Below, one piece after another: positions 56,749-64,000 of a DNA stretch of 64,000 bases (the stretch's first letter is position 1; each line of letters begins with the position of its first letter). This DNA comes from an uncultured cyanobacterium (GTDB lineage Bacteria; Cyanobacteriota; Cyanobacteriia; Cyanobacteriales; Cyanobacteriaceae). A program made the translations under genes and the position numbers. The stretch covers positions 96,001-160,000 of the forward strand of contig CAVVOP010000022.1 in the NCBI GenBank assembly GCA_963749915.1, written 5' to 3'. The notes under the pieces were generated by a model, which saw only the letters and a program-made list of their open reading frames with translations, made no database searches and was not told the DNA's origin.

Positions 56749-56979
56749 ACCAGCAATGAATTATTGATGAAGAGGGATTAATTCATTAGAGTCAATTACC
56801 TCTGATAGTACCTGAGTTCGATATAAGAAAATAGTCTCAAACTCTTAACTTATATGAGTTTTGGGTTTATACTATTTTTCGCTATTTTACAATTCTTAAT
56901 GTATTAAAAGTTCTACCCAGATTAATAAGTTAATTTTTCTGAATATTTTTGGTTCTTCTACAGTAGCTATGATACATTT

Positions 56980-57300
56980 TTAAGATACAGACCAATTTAA
57001 TAAGATTCTTCGCCTAAAATTATCAAAATTTGTCATGCCATAAGCTCTTCTCTTAATCAGCTTAATTTTTTGGTTAATTCCTTCTACTATACCTTGACTT
57101 GTTCTGTTGTCAAAATAGCCTAATATTTCATCTAGCCATCTTCTTTATTTTTAATTTCTGAAGCTGACCTTTTTTGCTTTTTTCGCATCAGATCTAATTC
57201 TTCATTTATTTGTTTCATTACATGGAATCTATCTGCCACTATATTGGCATTTGGCATTAACTCCAATGCCAAAGTTTTATATCCTATCCACAAGTCTATT
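56980..57300 (-). pseudogene. ISL3-family transposase remnant (internally deleted)
   Basis: [36 protein letters not shown], then after a frame break [47 protein letters not shown]. Confidence 0.85.
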
Positions 57301-57465
57301 CAGCTACAAAATATATCACAAATAGTGCATTCTCGTCACAGAAGTCCAATTAATTTTTTAGTGAATGCCGTGGCAGGATTAATAGCTTATACATGGCAAG
57401 AGAAAAAACCAAAATTGCAATTAGAAAAAGATGAGATAAATTTATTATCTGCATTAGTAATTTAA
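57301..57465 (+). pseudogene. IS982-family transposase C-terminal remnant
   Basis: [37 protein letters not shown]. Confidence 0.82.
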
Positions 57466-57815
57466 TTTTTTATCCATATAAAAATAAATAAAATTAAGCT
57501 AAAAATGGTTATTTTAGCTGTGATTTGTTCTGGGTATTTGTTGTTGAAAATTAACATAAAGGTCAAAATACTTGACATACCTTATTTTCAGTTTTATTGT
57601 TACATCGCTTAGGTGTTAAGGGTAACGGCTAAATTCAAATGGGATTATTGAAACTGTAATTGCAGTGACCTAACCCAGCCCAGATCTCATCGCGCAAATT
57701 TGAACGGACGGAAATTAATTGTTTGGTTGTTCAGCCTTAGAGTGTTAGATCCCATAATAAAGCAATCGATTTTGAAAATTAACCATAAAAATGCGATTAT
57801 ACTAATCAGTATGAC

Positions 57816-57869
57816 GTCACCGGCAATTTTGTGACAGCGGAAAAATGTCAGGTACACAATTTGTTATGT
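57816..57869 (-). other. Degenerate/truncated attC-like site after mcrC
   Basis: Minus strand: ACATAAC (R'' box) ...CCTGACATTTTT-CCGCTGTCAC-AAAATTGCCGG hairpin. No clear R' GTT box. Confidence 0.45.
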
Positions 57870-57889
57870 GTATTGGCGACGAACCTTCA

Positions 57890-59319
57890 TAATGAACCAT
57901 TTCACTGACGACTTCATTAATGCCGTTTTGACTAACTTTATCAGCTTTTACTTCTATTTCCAATCATTGTAACGTTTCGTAACTGCTAATTCCCCAATCT
58001 TCATACTTGCAACCTGTCTTACTGATATGAATGTAGCCTGATCTTGATGTAAGTCGTGTCTGTGGTGCTTTACCTTTTAGTGACATCACTTTGGTCAATA
58101 CTTGTTCGTATAGAATTCGATTTGTATTAAATGGCGTATCTCTATAAAAACCAAAACATTTTGGGAATAATTGCTGAATGACAATTGGAACAGGAATGTA
58201 AACTTCATCATGATGTTATCTCTACCTCCAGCAGTCACTGGTTTAAGCCCTTTTTTCAATGAAACGTTTGAGTTTCGACATAAAGAGGTAAAAAAACAGT
58301 TTTTTCTATTTTTGCGCACTTGCTTTACTACTAGGATATGTTGCAAAGCACTTTTGCAAATCAATCAATGGGTCTTGTAAAATGTCAACATCGAACTCAA
58401 AAAGCGTATTTTCTGTTTTACAAGGTTATAGTTTAAAGTCCTTTGGCTTGATACATTGCAGGACATAATCAGTTGGACTCATCGTTGAAAACCGGATTGT
58501 AACTTTTATTAGCTTGATATTCTGGTTTGTCGATGATCAACCCATCCGTTTGCTTTCAAGGAAACTCTAAATTTACCTTTATCTCGTAATACGCAGTGTT
58601 CAATTGATTTTTCAAGATTGTGGGTATTTTCAGTGAAAGCAATTCTACTGTTTACAAATGTCAAAGACACATCTAATTTCAGAATATTCAGTATGAAACT
58701 CACTTAAAACATTTGTTCTTGCCGGAAAATTTAACCTGTTTTCTACTTTGTATTCGTTGTTGATATATTTTGTCGCAATTAATTTGACCAGTAGGCTGAC
58801 TTAAAACCTTTGTCAATATTGTCAAACTTTCTCGCACGGTGTCATTGTCAGTTTTTCAAGAGCTGCTATGAATTTTACAGCTTCCAAGTACAATGGCGGT
58901 CTGAAATTCTTGCCTGATGACAATGGTAAACTGTCAATGACCTCTGGACTAATTTCAGTTCCAAGTAGGTTCAGAATTTCAATATAGTCCTCAAATCTGT
59001 CACGCCCGGCAAACCTAGGCATAACTACAAAATCACCAATTTGCTTTCCAGTGTCAGAAGCTCTCAAAGGAATAGAGCCAATGAAACCTGATGAACGGAA
59101 TGTTAGTGCAGTGCTTTGGTCTGAGCCCATTATGTATGGCTGAACACCTAGGAATTTAAATTGCTCAGAGTTGTAGTCAATAAATTTCTGGAGATATTGA
59201 CCAATAATTCTTTTGTCTGCTGACTTAAACCACTTTTTTTGCAAGGCAACTCCACCAAACTGTTTTGATTGTTCAGTTAGGCAAGGAATTTCGCAAAAAA
59301 CATCTAATGGCTTTGTCAT
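57890..59319 (-). pseudogene. mcrC: McrC-family nuclease, multiply frameshifted (3' boundary approximate)
   Basis: ATGA overlap with the mcrB stop. FIGSIPLR...VVMPRF at the N-terminus. Fragments including HRHDLHQ lie further downstream. Confidence 0.7.
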
Positions 59320-60708
59320 TCGAAAAGAGATAGATTTATTCTAGTAGAGAAATAGTTATTGAATTCTTCTTTAGCATTTCGTAAAAGTCCTTCTTGTAGA
59401 TATTCTTTTATCAAGGGGAATATTTGCATAGCGAATGCGATTTTTCATTTCGTCCTCGGAGTCAGCAATGAAGTAGCCTTGACCAGGTTGCAAGTTCAAT
59501 TCAGTACTTAAGGCATACCAGTCAAAAATTTCTTGAATCCTGCTAAAGTCTTCGTTGTAAAACTGTCTCGACTTTATGGCTTTTGGCTTTAAAGTGTACC
59601 AGGCAAAACGTCTTCTAAGTGCAAAGTCAACAACGGCCAAACTTCTATCGGCAGTGTTCGATAGTTGAAATTACAGAAAAGTTATCAGGCAGTTGCTTTA
59701 CCTTGAAGTTGGGAGCAATTTCAATCTCAACATTTGAAACGTCCATCTTATGTTCAAAAAGGTAAAAAATAGGTCCCAATACATTTGAAAGATTGGCTCT
59801 GTTTATTTCATCTATGATAAGGGTAACTTTTTCATCTTTGTGGTCAATGGCAGTATTTTAAGGCCTCTGAAAAACTACCTAAATTTTCTTTATATCTCAG
59901 TTCTTCGTTTGCTGTGTCTGGTCTAATTCCGAAAATAAGATCGGAGAAACTTGTCTCTGCGTGAAATTGAGTGAAGAATGTTTTTGCGCCTATTTTTTCG
60001 GCAACAACTTTTTGCAGTCCTTGTTTTTCCAGTTCCAGGAGGCCCTTGAAGAACAATGTACTTTCTTTCGTTTAAGAGATTTTTTACTTCTTCAGATTCA
60101 TCTAGTTGTTTCTGTTTTAAAAATGGCTCTAAAGCTTCTGAAACTGCTTTCCGATGGTCTTTGTTAGAAGGCCAATCTCTAAGCTTTGCATAACCTGCGA
60201 CAAAAGCTGCAATAATTTGTTTTCCGTCTTCGCTTTCTGGGTCGTCAACTATTTGACAGGTTGGTAAAACTTTGGTGTAAGTTTTAATCGTGTTTTTTAT
60301 ATGTTGTAAATCCAGACTGCCAGTGATTGATTTTGGTAGACTAGTTTCGATGTCTGAAAAATCAGATTTGCAAAATCCTCTTTCGTTAGTCAGCTTTGAA
60401 AATAATCTTCTAAGTCCTGGATAGGTTGCAAGTTCGTAGTCATTTTTGAAACCACTGGACCCAATTCCAAGACATACTAACCAAGGTTTATTTTGGTCGT
60501 TTGGAAAAATTGTCAATGAAAAGTCGTGGAAAGGGCCGGACGCTTCTTCCTCTGGATGGATAAATCCAAAATACGCTCCGTTGTCTTTAAGTGCTTCCTG
60601 TCCGGTGTTGTTTCGTTCAACATAAGGTTTGTTGAATTCGTTGTTTGTCTTGGCACCGAATTGTTCCGCTTTTTCTTTTATGAATTGTCTAATGTTTTCT
60701 ATGCTCAT
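59316..60708 (-). pseudogene. mcrB: McrB-family AAA+ GTPase, multiply frameshifted
   Basis: LQGPPGTGKT, QFHAETSFSD, IDEINRANLSNVLG and NTADRS-AVVDFALRRRF are spread over several frames. Confidence 0.85.
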
Positions 60709-60724
60709 AAAACGTCCTTACGAT

Positions 60725-60743
60725 GCCTAACTATTTATTAGAC
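60725..60743 (-). other. Integron attI core site
   Basis: Minus strand TCTAATAAATA-GTTAGGC (GTTRRRY), 16 bp before the mcrB ATG and upstream of the divergent intI. Confidence 0.7.
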
Positions 60744-60744
60744 C

Positions 60745-60912
60745 GAAACTTTCCTGATAGTCAGCCCTTATGGAACAAAAAAACGAAACTTTCTGGATAT
60801 TCACCCCAATGAAAATAATATCAAGAAATTTTCCGTATTTTCTTTGATGATAGCCAGAAACTTTCTGGGTATCATACCAAATAGTCATAATATCAAGACT
60901 TTTTCTGAATAT
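60745..60912. repeat. Five spaced GAAACTTTC-like direct repeats between attI and intI
   Basis: Copies start at 60745, 60785, 60825, 60857 and about 60897. Confidence 0.65.
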
Positions 60913-60919
60913 CATTACC

Positions 60920-61249
60920 ATGGAAAAACCTCCTAAAAAATTGCTCGAACAGGTTAGCGATATAATTCGTCTGAAACATTACTCTTACAAAACTGAAAAA
61001 AGTTACGTTAATTGGATTAAACGCTATATCCTATTCCATAATAAACGGCATCCCAAAGGGTTCAGTTTATTTACCATTTGCCTTGGAGAGAAAATATAAA
61101 AATGCAGATCGAGAATGGATATGGCAGTTTGTGTTTCCTTCCCATCGAATTTCACAAGATCCTCGTAGGAAAGTTTTTCGTCGTCTATGATTTATACTCA
61201 TGTCCTAAATCGAGGTGGGAGAGGTGTTATAAGTCCTCTTGATCCATGA
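60920..61249 (+). pseudogene. intI: Integron integrase with two large internal deletions
   Basis: [45 protein letters not shown] | [34 protein letters not shown] | [19 protein letters not shown]. Confidence 0.9.
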
Positions 61250-61330
61250 GCAACTTCAATTAATGGGATTATAATGCAGCGATCGCTTTTCATAATACAA
61301 TTAGTTTGGCTGAGGTATCGCCAGTTTCAC

Positions 61331-61612
61331 AGGTGACTATAGCGATTTAAGTATTTACGATATTTATACAGCAGAAGGGGATTTTGGTGATGGTGAACAA
61401 TTGACAATTAATGTAATGATGTTCATAGTTATGAGACAATTGATAATGTTCATAAGACCTCTTGCAAAAGTCTAATTTTGTGAGGCAAAATCAATATTTT
61501 CAGACCTTGTTCTGGTATTTATGCAAGAGGTCTATAGTTATGAGGATGACGGTGTTTATGTTGTCACCTTAAAAATGACAAATAATGATACTGGAAGCAG
61601 TAGTGATACATA
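61331..61612 (+). pseudogene. PKD-domain remnant interrupted by a MITE
   Basis: DYSDLSIYDIYTAEGDFGDG...VHSYEDDGVYVVTLKMTNND resembles the PKD WDFGDG...HTY...G.YTVTL pattern. Confidence 0.55.
61455..61533. mobile_element. MITE family 2 (79 bp, AGACCTCTTGCA TIRs, ATA duplication)
   Basis: Perfect 12-bp TIRs with ATA on both sides. An uninterrupted copy of the target (GTTCATAGTTATGAG) lies about 30 bp upstream. Confidence 0.85.
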
Positions 61613-61703
61613 ACCTATAGCTGGTATTGTAAGCAACTGTTGATTAGTGCGTAATATCAGATATTTAATAAACCAGATACTTTAATATTTAAAAAGATTA
61701 ACC

Positions 61704-63623
61704 ATGAACTTTGTAACCAAAAATACTTTCCCGATCGATCTAAACGCATATAAACTCCTGACATTAGATCCAACTATCCCTAGTTTGACTGATCAGCAAA
61801 GAAAAGATCTTCAAGCTAATATTAAATTGTGTCGAGATGCCATCGTCTTTTTTACAGCGACAGGAGCTGCCAAAGGAGTTGGAGGACACACAGGAGGGCC
61901 TTATGATACTGTTCCTGAAGTCATGATTTTAGACGCTTTCTTTCGGGGAAATCCTGATAAATTTGTCCCCATCTTTTTTGATGAAGCAGGACACCGAGTT
62001 GGCACTCAATATCTCATGGCAGTTTTGCATGGCGAACTTCCCGCCGAAAAACTACTCCATTATCGAGAAGCTCATTCTCAACTGCCCGGACACCCAGAAT
62101 TAGGACTTACCCCTGGAGTTAAGTTTAGCTCAGGACGATTGGGACATCTTTGGCCATACGTTAATGGTATAGCCATGGCTAACCCCGAGAAGATAGTCTT
62201 CTGTCTAGGTTCTGATGGGGCACAGCAGGAAGGAGATGATGCGGAGGCAGCTCGGTTTGCTGTTGCCCATAATCTCAATGTCAAATTGATTATTGATGAT
62301 AATGATGTCACTATTGCTGGTCATCCTTCTGAGTATCAACCTGGCTATGATATTTCTCGTACTTTGGGTGGACACGGGCTGGCTACTATTAGTGGAGATG
62401 GAGAAGATCTCGACAATCTCTATAGTCGTCTTTGTCAAGCAGTTAGTAGCGACGGGCCTATGGCTGTGATTAACAAGCGCAAAATGTGTGTCGGTATTGA
62501 CGGGTTAGAAGGTTCACCTCATGGACATGACGTAATTTCAGTGGATCTGGCGATCGCTTATTTAGAAAAACGAGGACAAGATGAAGCGGCGAATTACCTC
62601 AAAGGTATTCCTAAGCTGAAGAATCCTGATGTCTTCCTTGGCTCTGGTAGCCAGATGGGATCAAACCGTAATATCTTCGGTGATAGTGTAGTCTCAGTTC
62701 TCAGTTCCATGAGTGAAGAGGAACGGAAGCAGAAGGTACTTTGTGTCGATAGTGACTTGGAAGGTTCCTGCGGACTAGCACAAATTCGTAAAGCCTATCC
62801 AGAAATTTTCGTCAGTGGTGGCATTATGGAGCGGGCTAATTTTTCTGCGGCGGCTGGCTTCGGTATGGAAGAGGGTAAGCAAGGTATCTTTGCCACTTTT
62901 AGTGCCTTTCTGGAAATGTGTATCTCGGAAATTACCATGGCACGACTAAATGGCTCTAATGTCCTCTGTCACTTCTCCCACGCTGGCATTGACGATATGG
63001 CAGACAACACCTGTCACTTTGGTCTCAATAACTTTTTTGCTGACAATGGACTAGAAGAGGACGATCAAACCCGCCTTTACTTCCCTGCCGATGCCAACCA
63101 GATGAAAGCCTGTGTAGAAAAAGTGTTCTTCGATTTAGGAATGCGTTTTATTTTCTCCACTCGTTCTAAAGTTCCTAATATTCTTGATTCTGAAGGCAAG
63201 GATTTTTATGGGGATCACTATCAGTTTGTGCCTGACAAGGATGAAGTTATCCGAGAAGGAACTGCTGGCTACATAGTCAGTTTTGGAGAGTCTCTTTATC
63301 GTGCTTTGGATGCAGTAGAGCGGCTTAAACAAGAGGGAATCGATGTGGGCTTAATTAATAAACCCACCCTCAATGTAGTCGATGAGGAAATGATGGAAAA
63401 AATCGGTCAATCCCCTTTTGTAATGGTAGTCGAATCATTTAACCGTCGCACAGGATTAGGTAGTCGTTTTGGCTCTTGGTTATTAGAGCGAGGACTAACA
63501 CCAAAATATGCCTACTTGGGTACTTACCGAGAAGGATGTGGAGGTCTGTGGGAGCAATTTCCCCATCAAGGCATTGACCCTGAAGGAATCATGAGTCATG
63601 TCAAAGGATTGATCGCCAATTAA
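61704..63623 (+). CDS. tkt: Transketolase-family enzyme (divergent type)
   Basis: GGHTGG, DEAGH, LPGHPE, SSGRLGH, TPP motif SDGAQQEG...DDN and DSDLEGS. Confidence 0.85.
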   Translation: MNFVTKNTFPIDLNAYKLLTLDPTIPSLTDQQRKDLQANIKLCRDAIVFFTATGAAKGVGGHTGGPYDTVPEVMILDAFFRGNPDKFVPIFFDEAGHRVGTQYLMAVLHGELPAEKLLHYREAHSQLPGHPELGLTPGVKFSSGRLGHLWPYVNGIAMANPEKIVFCLGSDGAQQEGDDAEAARFAVAHNLNVKLIIDDNDVTIAGHPSEYQPGYDISRTLGGHGLATISGDGEDLDNLYSRLCQAVSSDGPMAVINKRKMCVGIDGLEGSPHGHDVISVDLAIAYLEKRGQDEAANYLKGIPKLKNPDVFLGSGSQMGSNRNIFGDSVVSVLSSMSEEERKQKVLCVDSDLEGSCGLAQIRKAYPEIFVSGGIMERANFSAAAGFGMEEGKQGIFATFSAFLEMCISEITMARLNGSNVLCHFSHAGIDDMADNTCHFGLNNFFADNGLEEDDQTRLYFPADANQMKACVEKVFFDLGMRFIFSTRSKVPNILDSEGKDFYGDHYQFVPDKDEVIREGTAGYIVSFGESLYRALDAVERLKQEGIDVGLINKPTLNVVDEEMMEKIGQSPFVMVVESFNRRTGLGSRFGSWLLERGLTPKYAYLGTYREGCGGLWEQFPHQGIDPEGIMSHVKGLIAN

Positions 63624-63758
63624 CTGCCCTTCGGGCGAGGCAGAAGGCAGTCTCCATGAAAAAAAATTTTCACCATCAGAGATGAAAGTTGGCACTTTCA
63701 AGTCAGAGGGCATCCGCGCAGGAGGGAAAATTTTTAGACCACGAAAAAAGCCTTTTTG
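63621..63758 (+). repeat. Composite dispersed repeat A+B+C starting on the tkt stop codon
   Basis: Contains the module seen at 5566-5636 nested inside the sequence seen at 35887-35946. Confidence 0.85.
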
Positions 63759-64000
63759 AACAGATGGCAAACTGCTTGCAGAGTGTGCTTGCGCTCCCGC
63801 CATGACTCATTGAAAATATTAAATTGATTTTTTGGCTCTCGATTTTTTGATCGTACTATCTTTTTACTCTCTTTTCTTCGTAAAATTGCCAAGTCGTGAG
63901 GTTATTGTTTTTTCCTAAAATTCGATGACCTCGGTAATTACGATATTTCTCTTATCAATTAGTAATCCAAAGTTATACTTAATTTAGGTAATACATCCTC

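Noticed and set aside
57668..57750. Second attC (ATCTAAC...GTTAGGT on the minus strand)
   Set aside because: The R boxes are compatible but internal pairing is poor, so it is not supportable without a covariance model.
60745..60912. Spaced repeats as a CRISPR array
   Set aside because: The repeats are short and degenerate, the spacers resemble each other, and there are no cas genes. The attI context explains them better.
200..63803. Numerous 60-130 aa ORFs antisense to or overlapping real genes or repeats (e.g. 1295-1678, 35818-36090, 63495-63803)
   Set aside because: Shadow ORFs with no motifs, explained by the opposite-strand gene or by repeats.

Overview
AT-rich cyanobacterial chromosome. 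Evidence: frequent HIP1 octamers (GCGATCGC), ndhF1, xisH/xisI, Uma2, and DUF928/CHAT/CHASE2 genes. A unicellular Geminocystis/Cyanobacterium-like host is an inference. From 1 to 20 kb the genes are mostly housekeeping (antiporter, mrp, cyclophilin, CsoR-type repressor, mnmA, carA, lepB, sensor kinase, ferredoxin, yvcK). From 20.5 to 31.2 kb lies a TpsB / sigma / DUF1822 / CHAT-CHASE2 / DUF928 / TPR-CHAT module with two lesions. The most interesting locus is 31491-33576. It holds an unannotated tRNA-shaped RNA with a 39-nt structured insert in its anticodon stem and a UAU anticodon, then a second Y-RNA-like hairpin RNA, then a 622-aa protein with a TerD-like C-terminus. Together these are a candidate Ro/TROVE-like ribonucleoprotein system. 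Three tandem FHA-PAS-GGDEF-EAL paralogues, a substrate-binding protein + MscS pair and ndhF1 follow. The window ends with a sugar-catabolism cluster (eno fragment, gpmA, pgi, tal, glgP, tkt). That cluster is split by IS remnants and a decayed integron with an internally deleted intI, an attI and an mcrBC cassette. Several MITE families, two missed small ORFs and several pseudogenes were also found. All family assignments come from motif recognition by eye; no database search was run.
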